Shown piece after piece: positions 35,757 to 48,200 of a stretch of 64,000 nucleotides of DNA. A program made the translations under genes and the position numbers. The stretch comes from Podarcis vaucheri. Lineage: Eukaryota. A model generated the notes under the pieces. The model was not told the origin of the DNA. It saw only the letters and a list, made by a program, of their open reading frames with translations, and ran no database searches. Where the stretch lies: NCBI GenBank assembly GCA_965113315.1, contig OZ220364.1, one strand, 5' to 3'. Numbering within the stretch: position 1 is the stretch's first letter; each line of letters begins with the position of its first letter.

Positions 35757-38643
35757 TCTCAAACAGCATTGTGGGCTGTGACTGTGAGAGAGAACCAGAA
35801 GAAGCTGTGTATGATAAAGTAAACCAGTGTGTGTTCACTTATGCACACAGCCAGAAGGGGGAAGTCCAGCTGTTAGGAGCAAGCAGTGACAATGCCTTTT
35901 AAGGTATTGTCACACACAGGCTTACATAGTTTTTCCTTTGCATCAGGCTGTATGAGTAATGAAAAATCTCGATTGGTAAAAGTATATATTTGATTGCTTT
36001 GCTGCTTTGTGTGGTGAAATGCTTGTTTTGGAGTTCATTGCATGGCCAATAAGATCAGCAAGGGTACATAGAAGGAGATAATCATGTAGGGATTTAGCAT
36101 GAGCTAGCAAGGGTAGCCAATGTGGTGCCCTCCAAATGTTAGGAGACAACCCCTATATTCCCTGCCCCATAGCCATGCTGGCTGGCGCTGATGGGATTTG
36201 AAGTTCAGCAGCATTTGGAGGGCACCATGTTGGCTTTCCCTGAGTTAGTTTCATAGGTTAAAATGAATACTAGTGTATTGCATTAGTATTTAGGAGGCAG
36301 TTGAGAGCCACCTTTAGATCCTGGAGCAATTGACTCCTCAGGAGGTGCCTCATCCAAAGGCACTCCTCTGCAATCTGTACCATTTGTAGCCCCAGGTAGA
36401 TTCTAAGATCAGCACTGCAGATCAGTGCTGTGCGTTTATCTATCTTGTATTGGCAAAACATCACACAAGTTAATCTGTACCAAAGGTTTGCAGCCTTCTT
36501 TCCCAGCTGCTGCCATAACTGGAAGATTCAGCCAGGACAGGCTGTGACTGGCGAGATCAGAGTGAACAAGTACCATCAGTGAGACATCATTTCCCAAGAC
36601 TTGCCTGGGCAGAGCCTGCAAACTGCCATTACTTTGGTTTTGTTTGGATTTTGCGCCAGTTGCCAATACATCCAGGTACCATATAATCATGGTAGGCTGC
36701 AAGATCAGCGTCAGCTTCTCCAAAGTGGTCCCACAAAAAGTTGCCTATGTTGTATTTGACTCCTGAAAAATCTGATTAAGAGGTAGGGAACCTTTTTGGC
36801 TTCAAGGGTCAGATAGCCACAAGCAATGTAGAATTGAACCCTGTCCTCCTGTCCATCAGCTGACGGACAGGTGGGCATGGTTTAGAGAAAATGGCCTTGC
36901 AGGCCAGATTGGACTCCAGTGGGCCAGAGGTTCCCCAGCTCTAATCTAATAGGATCAACAGGTTTCAGTTCCACCATGCTGATCTTGAAGCATAGATGGT
37001 GAATCATGGTAACAAATGCAGTAGCCTGGTGCAGAAATACACCTTGCTTTTCAAATCACGACAACTTCAAGAAAGCACATGCTAATGAGATTCCCTCTTA
37101 ACCAGGGTTTGCCAACCTGATTCAAATGCCGGTTATGATGCAAATGTGGTGGGCTTTAGCCAAATTTGGTGCAGATATAGCACTAAACCACAGTTAAGTT
37201 TGATTAGGGAAGGGAATGGAGGGGCAATGCATGCTGGAGAGGAGTAGAGGGAGGGTGCATTCCTGAAGCCAGCTGCTGATTTGTACACCATGGTTAGCAG
37301 AGAACCAGCATTATGGGTCCAGTACACAAGTTGCGGTAAACCAAAGTATAACTTACTGGCACAGCGTTGGTGCCTAAAGAGGTTCTCACGCCCACTGTGC
37401 TTCCTCCTTTTTTTAACTGTGCAAAACTGCAGCTAAGTCAAACTGGGGTTCATGCTTGAGGTCTCTTCTCCTTAGTCATGACCAAGTCTTGTGATTAAAG
37501 AGGAGAGGCCTGTGCAACCCTTGCCTTGGAGGACACACAAGTCAGACCTTGGCTTAGGAGCTGCGCCACTCTGAGCTAAAAATTCTGGGAAGGAGTAAAG
37601 TGAGCATGATTGCATATTTGGGAGCCTCCATGCTAAGTTGTAGTTTGGCTTAGCGTTATGTGAAAATTTGGCCTCTGTCAGGTCAGAGAATCAGATGTTG
37701 TCCAGGGCTGCCTTGTTTATTCAATTATTTCAATTGTTCTAATTACACAGTGAAGCTAATGAGCCTTTAATTCCTACTTAGCTAGTTTATCTTTTACTAT
37801 TGCTTGTTCTCACAGGGAAATGCATGGCCTGTAAAATGCAATTCCTGCCAGCCAGCTCACCTAGAGCTGTTGTTTGGTGAGCAGGATGAAAGGGTTTGGC
37901 AGATGACATCATCTTCTACCAAAGTAACTCAAATCCTTCCTGCCGTCCATAAAGGTGACATTATCTGTTGTTGTCGGCAACACACAACCCAACAGGTTTT
38001 TCATTTGGCAAGCATCTGCGGCCTCGCCGAGAACTTTGCTGGCTTCTCTTCTCTCGGGTTCACAGCATATTATCCTTCAAGGGTCGACATAGGACAGGCA
38101 GAGGGCGAATGCCAGAGCAGCTCCAGTTCCGATTCCTATAAATGTCTGGCTGGCTGTTTGCTTGGCAGCTCACTGGTGGGGGGGGGGGGTGTCACATGTT
38201 TCTGGTTGGGGCATCTAAAGCAAAACATCGTCATTGCAAGAGCAAAAACAGTGCTGTCTCTGCCCATCATCACCCCTAATCCCAGCAGGCTCCTTTCCCT
38301 CTGCCCTGTGTATACATCAGGATGCACTGTATATTTAATAAACTGTCACCTGAGCCCACCCTGCCTTTGCAAGCCAAACTATCTGCTAAATTTGGGATAT
38401 TATGTTCGCCCAAGCCAAGTATCAAGTTCTTTCGATCACATGCGCTCCCTCCCAGCCGGTATTTAACTCTGAAACTTCTGTGAGAGTTAATACTTTACCA
38501 ACACAGTTGATCAGAGCAACTGAAATCTTTCTTCTTTTTGAAAAAAAAACACTGTACTAGTTCTTTCTCCTTTTTCTTTTTCCTTTACCTTGTTTTGAAG
38601 ACTGGAATAAAGTTTGGGTTTCCCTTTTCGGATCCTGATCAAT

Positions 38644-38740
38644 ATGTTTCTGATTCTTTTAGCCACAACAGAATTAAAGGATTTTTTTGCCAAGGCCCGG
38701 AACGGTTCGATCCGCCTCATCAAAATCGTCATTGAGGATG
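38644..38740 (+). CDS. TWF2: Putative alternative first coding exon of a twinfilin-2b-type isoform: MFLILLATTELKDFF...
   Basis: In-frame ATG at 38644 with A at -3, 19 nt upstream of the exon 2 start; no upstream ATG back to ~38445. Mouse Twf2 is known to make a muscle 2b isoform from an alternative promoter, differing only at the extreme N-terminus. Confidence 0.7.
38663..38740 (+). CDS. TWF2: Twinfilin-2 coding exon 2 (78 nt): (A)TTELKDFFAKARNGSIRLIKIVIED(E)
   Basis: Matches twinfilin-2 'ELKEFFAKAR.GS.RLIK.VIEDE'; acceptor ttcttttAG at 38661-38662; donor G|GTAAGT at 38741. Confidence 0.96.
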
Positions 38741-40173
38741 GTAAGTTTTACATTGATTTTGTGTTGTTGTCTTTTGGTGTCAGCTTCTTCAGTTGTGTAC
38801 CAGTGGTAGAAAAGCAGGATACAAAATTAACAAATAAATATTTCTTCACTTCATTAATCTGGCTGCCACCAGTCAACTTGGGCAGGGTGGGTGGCCAGCC
38901 TAGAGCTACCCAGAGGAAGATTCTAGTGGAAGCTTCTGGAATGCATTACCTCAAGAATCCACACAACTTTTTATTTTAAAAGAACAGTAGGTTTTATGCT
39001 TATTTGGGGGTTTTTTGGTTGCCAGTGAAGCTTCCTTTGGAACATACTGTGAACCCCTTCATATTTTGAACAACTTTTCCCATGAGGGGGCTTGCTGATA
39101 TTTTTGTGAAGCAACAGACCAGAGTCCCATTAGATGGAATAAGATACTTGCTGTCTGGCCAAAGTGAGGTGGCAGTATAGACTGTTCTGTTCCCGGGGCC
39201 ATTTTCTGGGTGCTTTCAAAATTTGTCTCCTGTACAATGTAAATAAAAGGTTGTAGTCAATGTTAGCCATTGGAGTGTCTGATATGGTAGCAGTTGAAAA
39301 CTTGTCTAACAAAAGAAGCATGGGGTAGAATCTAATAGGTGCCCTTGCGGTAGTGAAAGGGATTTTGATCCACTTATAGAAGAGGACAGGAAGCAATTTG
39401 CACTGATCCCCCTTCCCCTGCTCCTATTGTTCCTGAAAGCCAACTCAAGAAAGTTGAGGGACCCTCCAGAACAGGGTGGGAGAAGTCTGGGAGGTGGTGG
39501 GCTGCAGAGGGATAGGAAGATTGGCAAAAATTGTTTCCCCTGTTCTTCCATTAGGTGACTCCTCCAATAGATTCCAGCCTAATTCTCTAGTAATGACTAC
39601 AGGTGCTACTGTTTTGCTTGGCTACTATGAAACGACTGTCAGCCAGTAGATAACTGAACCACTTACAGATTAATCCCTATCTAGTGTGTAGGCTTCTCCT
39701 GTGAAACTCCTTCTTTCTTTAACCCATAGTTGGGGAACCTCTGACCCTACAGATGATGCGCAACTACATCGACCGTCATCCCTGATAGGCTGCATCCACA
39801 TGCCAGTTTATTCTGTTCCCTCAGTGTTTCCCTAACTGTTAAATTCCACATTGTATTTGACACAGATATGAAATAGAAGTCACTTCTGGAAATCTAAGGG
39901 AATGTAGGGGAAGTTTAGCGCTCTTTTCCATGTTAATTGCTTTTAGAAAAAATCTGTTTGCATTAACTCAGAACACTGCAGGAATGAAGTGATGAAATTT
40001 GGGGCAGTATGCCAGCATATTTCCTGCTCTTTTCATGAGGGAATAGAAGCATGCTTAGCACGACAGGCCAGTATATTGGCCAAAAGCTACAATTCTATAA
40101 TGCAACAGGTACTGCAGTATGAAAGGAACCTTAGAAAATGAGACCGAAGCACTAGCATTATAATCAGATAGAC

Positions 40174-40479
40174 TAGAGGTCAGCAAACATTTTCAGCAGG
40201 GGGCCGGTCCACTGTACCTCAGACCTTGTGGGGGGCCGGACTATATTTTTTTTGGGGGGTGTGTGAACAAACTCCTATGCCCCAGAGATGCATTTTAAAT
40301 AAAAGCACACATTCTACTCATGTGAAAACACCAGGCAGGCCCCACAAATAACCCAGAGATGCATTTTAAATAAAAGGACACATTCTACTCATGTAAAAAC
40401 ACGCTCATTCCTGGACCGTCCATGGGCCGGATTTAGAAGGCGATTGGGCTGGATCCGGGCCTTAGTTTGCCTACCCATG
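40174..40479. mobile_element. hAT non-autonomous element (family of 14790) with an internal tandem duplication
   Basis: Same termini; perfect 8-bp TSD agatagac; the unit cccagagatgcattttaaataaaag.acacattctactcatgt occurs twice. Confidence 0.88.
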
Positions 40480-41133
40480 AGATAGACTAATATAATATTC
40501 CCCACATCTGCATGCACCAATAATTGGTTATACTAGTGGAGACTGATTGGAGTTGGTGTCCAACAGCGGTTGGAGGGCCTAAAGGTCAGGGCTGCTGAAG
40601 TTTTACGAAATTCCACATCCTTTGTCCTGGAAAGATAGCTCAGAATCAGTCTCCAAATATTTCCCTTGTAGAAGCTAGTTTTTGGATTGGCTTACTAAAA
40701 TGAAAGCATGTCAAGGCTAGACTACAGTCCTTTCTCTGTGACTTACTAGTGTACTATATGGAGGTAATATTTTGGCTGAAAAAGCATTAATTTATATGAA
40801 CTTGCAGCTTCAAGTGGGATGGTCCACATACAAGTTTTATCCCTCAGGGAGAAATAGCTCTTGTTTTTTCCCAGCAAGTGATGTGTGCACCATCTTGCTT
40901 ACTGGATATCACTTACATTCCTATGGGAAGTCATTCCCTTCTCTGCTCTCACTATTTTCTTCTCCTCTTTTCCTGCCGCTGCCCATCAGCTGTTTCTTCC
41001 AATTTAGTTTTATTATCACCATGACTCTCACGTGCTGGTGACTCTCATCAGCTGATGAGAATTGGGATGGTGAGATTAGTGCATGAATATGGACTGGTCA
41101 GGGGTTTTCCAGGCAAGAAGCTTAGTTATGTCT

Positions 41134-41503
41134 AAGGTAAAAGGTAAAGGACCCCTAGATGGTTAAGTCCAGTTAAAGGCAACTATGGGGTTGTGGCGCT
41201 CATCTCGCTTTCAGGCTGAGGGAGCCGGCGTTTGTCCACAGACAGCTTTCTGGGTCATGTGGCCAGCATGACTAAACTGCTTCTGGTGCAATGGAACTTC
41301 GTGACAGAAACCAGAGCGCACGGAAACACTGTTTACCTTCCAACCACAGCAGTAACTATTTATCTACTCACACTGGCATGCTTTCAAACTGCTAGGTTGG
41401 TAGAAGCTGGGACTCACTCCGTCACAGGGATTCGAACCACCAACCTTCTGATCGGCAAGCCCAAGAGGCTCAGTGGTTTAGACCACAGTGCCACCCACAT
41501 CCC
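41134..41503 (-). mobile_element. Sauria SINE, older copy
   Basis: Tail aaggtaaaaggtaaaggg at the left and decayed head ...cacagtgccacccacatccc at the right. Confidence 0.88.
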
Positions 41504-44500
41504 TACTTAAATAAATACTCATGATCCAAATATCTGAATTGTTCGATGGCTCCCATGAAAATTTGTACCACTAATGTAGCCAACTAATTGACTTTGGTAG
41601 TCTACAAATCTACTTGAGTTTATCCAGCATTTCAGGAAAGATGGAGATGTTGTGGTTAGTCGAAAGTTAATAGCATTTCATTGCTGGCCTTGGGAAGGTA
41701 ATCTGAAGTCTGCTTCTGCTTCTAGAATTTTCCAGAAGAGGACTCTGGAACTTCTGGTTGATTACTTTGTGTGGAAAAACTGTGTGGTGCTTCAATTTCA
41801 TGATCTTTAGAAAGATTATGCCTCCTAAGAAGCTTAGGATGAATCCTTGCATGTGTGTATATCTATATGTCTATGTATCTGTCGTGTCTATTGATCTAAC
41901 AATTATTCTGTATATGAGAAACATGCCCTCTCTTTCCTCCTAGCATAGGTGATTCAGTGTTAGGCTTTTTAGAACCAGTGAATACTCATGGATGGATGCG
42001 GCATAGGAATCCGCACACTTAGTCATGGCTGACTTGAGGTATATTTATATATGTGACACGTTGCTGTAAAACTTGAGGGAGGCCTGCATAAAAGGAATTT
42101 TCCTCTTGAGTCTTTCCGTCTTCTATATTTGGTGAAGAGCAATTGCCAGGGGCACCAAGGATGTCTCCGTGGGAGAGAGGAGATTAAAATTTAGATCATT
42201 AACTTTGTTTCAGAGATTCTGTATCCTGTAGTAGTGAGGAAAGAGGAAGATACTCCTCTTGTTGAAGGTTTTTTAAAGCAAACTTTTTTTTCAGCCTGGG
42301 AAGGGGAGGGGGTCGAATTATTTTACGGAGAACCTTCCTGGGGACCTCATACGGGTGGTAGGCAGCGCCAGATGCAAAAGTAGGGAGAATAGCAGTTGTG
42401 ACTCTTCCTTTTGTGTAGTTTTGCTATACCCAGCCACACAGTCCAGAGGTTTCTGCCTACACACATCTCTCTACCATCCAGGTGAAGAAGAAGCATCATC
42501 ACAGTTCAGACACATTCCGGCCGCACTATTCTTTCATTATGTGGGGGGTGCATTGAAATCCCCGTCTTCTGCACTATCCATGACAGCAGGATTCTTTTCG
42601 TGCAAAATAGTCTGGCCCAACTGACGAGAACATTTTCTACAGTGTACTTGTAAGAGCAGGAACTTTCTTGTTTACCGACTCATGCCAGATTTTTATTTTT
42701 ATTTTACTTGAAGCTTTCTCCTTTGCTACCGCCTGCTCTCTTCTCATTCCTCGGGCCTCCTGTTGCTCAATATGGCAGTGCTTCTTGACTCATTGCCTAA
42801 GCCACATAAGACTTTTTGATGCTTTTCTTGTCCTCGCTGCTGTTGCTGCTTTTTTTCTTCTTCTTCTCATTTTGATGCAACTGCTTCTAATGATGGGATC
42901 TCTGGGTTTTGGGAAGCAACTTGAAAATGGCCTGATGTGCATTAAGAGTATTATGGATGGCCCCTGAAACGCAGCACTGCAAAAATAATGTTTTTGGAAA
43001 TAATTTACATTTCCTCTCAGTGTGTGTGTGTGAACATCCAAAGGTACTTTAGCAGAGCAGAAAAGCAGATGTACTAGTAACAAGAGAAGGAGCTCTGAAA
43101 GAATGGTTTGCATGAAACGAGGTTTTAATGGCTGCTTGTGTGTGTGTGTGATCACATTTTTTCCATTTCTAGAATGGAAAGCCCCAGTCTTTACAGCCTT
43201 TCTATGACTCGGCTTGAAGGAAGGGTTGATTTTTTGGGCATCTTTCTAAATGGCAATGCAATGATCTCCTTAAAAGCTACCACAGATTTCACAATTCTCT
43301 TTGGTCATTTCAAATGTATTTATAGCATGTCAGTTTCTTATGGAAGACACCACTTGTGAAATAAATGGTTTTAAATCTTTCATTTTCAGCACTTAAAAAA
43401 TATATGTAATGAGCTTCTGTGATGCCCACAAAGTTCAGTGTGAAATCTACTGTCCCCACTCTCCGTCCATGTTGTTTGGCGTGGCCAGTCCCCCAGCAGA
43501 TTTGCTCCTGGGCTCCTTGCATTCAGGAATTCCGTCCAGCAATAGCTTTTTGCCACAGAGATACAGTAAAGGTCACAGGAACGTGAGAAGCTCCTTTAAA
43601 CCAATTGGGCTGCCCAGCTCAACACCAACTGACAGTGGCTTGTCAGGGTTTCCTGAAGAAGCTTCGCCCAGCCCTGCCTGGAGACCCCTTTTTTGGGGAA
43701 ATCTTTTTAGGGACACTTAGGCAGCTCTCAAAAAGTGTCTGTGTGAACAGCACTTACAATGCTGGGTGGTGTGGTTTTTTTGCCAGATGACGGTTAAGGA
43801 ATACAGTTTATATCATTTACAGTGAACATCTTTTTGGTAGAGCTTGTATTCCAGCTGTGTTCTATGTAGACTTATTCCAGTGGAATAGTTTAGCAGTCAT
43901 TGCAGACAAACAGAAGTGGCAACCTCTTTACATGCAGGGAAGTAAAACCCACTGAACCCAGTGAGCCTTATTTCAGGGAAGACATGCAAAATTTTGCACT
44001 GTAAAGTACTTAGAAGGCTGTTTGACTTCCTGCCCTTGCTAATATCCCACACTCATGCTAGTGTAAAATTATCCTGCTCACTATCCTAGCATCGCCTATC
44101 CTGCACTCCATTTGTGAGGCAAGTTATTTATTCTCTAAATGCATAAACTATGATTGGGTGTAAAAGTTTAGGTTTGCTAAAGAAGCCAACCTTCCCCTTG
44201 GCAGACTGAACGATTCCAAAATGAAAGGTATGGCTTTAAAACTCTTCTCCTCCAACCACAGTGCTAAGCTGGGAAATATGCCTTCCAGTTACCTCAGAAA
44301 CATCTCTTCTAGGGGAAAAAAAGAAAAGGAAAAAGAAGGAAGCAATTTAGAGCAAAGATGGTAAAGAAGAGCATTTCACGTGTTTCAAGTGCGAAGAACC
44401 TTTGGTCCTTCAGATGTTGTTGCTATTGCTACTACTGATTTACTAAACACCTTCTAAATCACCATCTCACATAAGATAATTAAAAAACAGTTGAAAACAC

Positions 44501-44601
44501 AAAAGCAGCAAACACTGTTAAAACAAGGCAAAAACAGTAAGAAGTAGACGCTTGTGGTAAAAACCTCATAATCCAGCTGGGAAAGCCAAAGTCAGAACAT
44601 T

Positions 44602-44852
44602 AGAAGAAGAAGAAGAGTTTGGATTTGATATCCCGCTTTATCACTACCCGAAGGAGTCTCAAAGCGGCTAACATTCTCCTTTCCCTTCCTGCCCCACAAC
44701 AAACACTCTGTGAGGTGAGTGGGGCTGAGAGACTTCACAGAAGTGTGACTGGCCCAAGGTCACCCAGCAGCTGCATGTGGAGGAGCGGAGACGCGAACCC
44801 GGTTCACCAGATTACGAATCCACCGCTCTGAACCACTACACCACACTGGCTC
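44602..44852 (-). mobile_element. tRNA-derived SINE (Squam3-like) with (CTT)n tail
   Basis: Reverse-complement homologue of 18319-18556, ending in (CTT)n. Confidence 0.87.
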
Positions 44853-44889
44853 TCATAAATGAAGTCATAAATGACTTCAATTGATTCCA

Positions 44890-45280
44890 GAAAGTGCAGA
44901 CAGCTGGCCGCTGTTATATCTCAACAGGGATGCTATTCCACAGAAGAGGGGCAGCTGCGCTAAAAGCCCTGCTCTGAATTACTGTGGAGGAGGCTTCTGA
45001 GCACTTTGTAACCTGCAGGAGAAATTTCACCACAGACCATAGCAATCTACTGGATGGATAAGGGATAAGACAGTCTCTCACGTAACCTGGTCCAGAGCTA
45101 TGTAGGGCCTTATACCTTGAACTGGGCCTCATAGCAGATAGGCAGCCAGTGCAAATCCTGCAAGCACAGTGTTACATCGTTTTCTCCCACAAACAACCTA
45201 GTTGCTATGCTGTGCACTTGATCAAGGACCAAGGTAGCCCCACATACAGTGCATTGCAGTAATACAACTGTGAGGTTACG
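44890..45280 (-). mobile_element. L2 LINE 3' relic
   Basis: Fragments 'LHWLPI..AQFKV', 'YKALH..GPGY.RDCL.PY' and 'RAFSAAAPLLWNSIP' are typical of the L2 ORF2 C-terminus. Confidence 0.8.
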
Positions 45281-48200
45281 TCGTTTGCTCCCATCAGTGC
45301 AATTATGGCTAGTGGCCAGGGATGATGAGAGTTGTAGTTCAGCAACATCTGGAGCTCCAGAGGTTCCCCACACCTGACGTATATGGTTTGCTTTTTTACT
45401 TGTTGGGTGAAGCAAATCCAGGATTTGCTTGGATCAGATCATGCTTGTGACATGAAGGGTGAGGACTACTGCTCCTTTCTCCCCTTGTTGGATAAACCAC
45501 CCTTCCATTTTTTGGATGCAACGGCTAACATTTTGTTAATTAAACCTGGATGCAAGCACTGAGGAAGGGGGGGAGTGAGTTTGTGGCCCCCTTGCTTTTC
45601 TCCCAGCCACTAAACTATGGCTTATCAAACTGGGAATTGAGCATGCAAACCTGCCCACTGTGTGTTCTTCCTTTTCTGCACTTGCATGCAGAGGTGTGAT
45701 TCCTTTCACCTCTCTCAAACCCCTGCCAAATAGCTTTATTAGCTAACTTGAATTATGAGGCCTAATTTAAATACTATTCTAGGCAGTGTTGATAGCATGT
45801 TAGGGGTTTGTGACTGAAATCCTAGTTGGAACATGACAGTAGCTATGCAGAATGCAACATGGATAAGCAATTTGAATTTGCCTGCTGTCAAGTTTAAACG
45901 GAGTTGGAGAGAGTGCAAACTGTGCCCCTCTTCACTCTATTTATAATTTTATAGACTTTATAATGGTTTCCCCCCTTAGTTCTCTCCTAAAGGTTTCAGG
46001 CTTTTCAGTCTTCCCTCCTAGGAAGAGTGTCCCATCCCTTTTACTGCTTTAATTAAACTTTCCTTTATCGTTTGAGTAGTGATTGGCTTTAGAACCACAC
46101 AGTGTACGGAGCATGCCTGTACTGTACAGTTGCATAGAAGCATTTATAATTAATTCCTTTTATTTTTAGTGATTTTTACCTAATAAAGTCTAACATGGAA
46201 GTTGCATTTTTTCCCGTTGTCTCTCTGCATAAGGTTGATATTTTGAGTGAGCTTTCCATTAATGACCCAGATACCTCATTCCTTGCTGACCCAATTTAGA
46301 TCCCTAAGTAGTGCCTATGTAGCAACAGGAGCATTTCCCCCTAATGCGTATCACTTACAGGAAATCTCATTTGCCGTTCCGTTGCACTTTCAACTGGTTT
46401 AAAGACCTGCCCTCCTGAAGAAAAGAATAACGTAGTGCTTTGATAGTTCTCATAGTCAGTCTCGCCAAGAACACCCTGAAGGCTGTGCTTGAAAATACAA
46501 TCCACTTATTCCATTGTGCTCTTCACCTTAGACTGCCGGGTTACTGGATTACTATCCCGGAGCCCTAACAAGAGGATGAAACTGTGAATCACAGTAATTG
46601 ATATCGGGCCTGGTGCCAGCAGTCAGCCAGACTGGACACTGACAAAGACCTGCCAGGACTCACAAAGGGCTGACCTGCAACCCCCTTGCTCACTGCCTTT
46701 ATAAAGCAACTAGCTACCTCACCCAGAATGCCTGGCTCTGAGAGGGAGACCCTTGGCCTTCTCCCAGGGTCCTGGTGGCAGAGAAGGGGCCAGCGCTGCT
46801 GCTGCTGCTATTGTGGTAGCAAATAATTTTTTAATTTTTTTTAAAGTAACAAAGCAGGGAGGAGAATTGGTGGCGCTGTTGCCACAAAGAGGAAGATTGG
46901 TCTCAGGGAGGGACATCAGCCAAACTGTACTGAGGACCTACTGCCGTTTGGCAGTGGTCCTGATTGACGTCTTAGGCATGTTGGGAATGTAAGCTTACAT
47001 TTTAAGGACCCACTTGAAAGCTGTCTGCTCTCCTTTATCCATGTGTTTTGTCGCACTTGTCAGGTTGCTGCCATGCTAGCATTTAGGGTTAATGTTCTTT
47101 GCTCATGTGACCCTGGTAGATTATTACTTAGGATTTCAACACAAGGTAGGGCTCTCATGGGGTAAGTAAGCATGGAGCTTATTATAGATTTTGATGAAGT
47201 TTTGCCCTCCTGATGACTCTTCCATCTGCTGAGAGAGTGTGTGACACAGATAAAACATTTATTAGAAAATAGGACATGTACAATAAAAAATTCTTAAGGA
47301 CTATTGTAATAATATGACGTCAGTGGCAGGCCTTGAATGACTTTTGTGGCATGATGGATAATTAGAAGAGAATATATTACTGAGGAAAATTAACAAAAGA
47401 AAATGAAAACAAACACTGTCCTAGATAGATAAAGTGGTAAATGCATAATGGGGTGACGGGAAGCCGTTAGAAATGCAAGCAGAACTTATTGTGATATAAT
47501 GTAACGAATATTACCATTCTCTTTTCTTTCTTCTGGACAAATCTTTTGTTTGTTGTTTCCTTTTAATTCCAATAAAGCATTTAATAATAATAATAAAGTG
47601 TGTGTGTGAGAGAGAGAGATATTATATAGGTTGGGCTGTGACCAGTTATTGACAAGCTTTATTAACTAATCAGCTATTTAGTTTGTATTTTGTTTGCTAG
47701 ATGGCTGAGTAGAGAGAGAGATGGGAGGTTTTTTATTTGTGTTGAGTAGGGAACGGGGGGGGGGTCCCTTTCTATTTCATACTAGGGTACAGAGATGGCA
47801 TGAATGACAGAAATATCTGCCTCTCCTCAAGCCATCTTGTATATGAACGGTGTTGGTAGGCAGGCAGCATGTGAGCCGAAGACGTGCTCTTGCATCCTTC
47901 CTGAGGCACATAGAACAGACACACCAGAGCTATGTAGCTGGGTAGTTAAAAAAAAGTATTCTTCTTTATAGCAGTTTTATGTCTAGAATGATCAGGTCTT
48001 TCCTATTGCCACAGCCCTGAATAATGTTTGTTATTTCTAATCTCGGTGCTTTTAAGAATTAATCTCTTAACTTCCCTTTGAACCTCAAGGTCAGGGTGTG
48101 CCCAGTGTAGCTTTAGCTTCTAGCACAGTAACAAAGTCTGCCTGCGGCTTGTAGATTGGAAGGGCTGTGGTTCCAAACTGAGAAAGACGTTCCTGGGTAT

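Noticed and set aside
37804-38466. 220-aa ORF upstream of TWF2 exon 2
   Set aside because: Non-ATG start, no recognisable domain and no convincing splice context; the region is better explained as regulatory.
41043-41060. 18-bp palindrome tctcatcagctgatgaga containing CTGATGA
   Set aside because: There is no downstream stem II and GAAA, so it is not a hammerhead; probably a decayed fold-back repeat.
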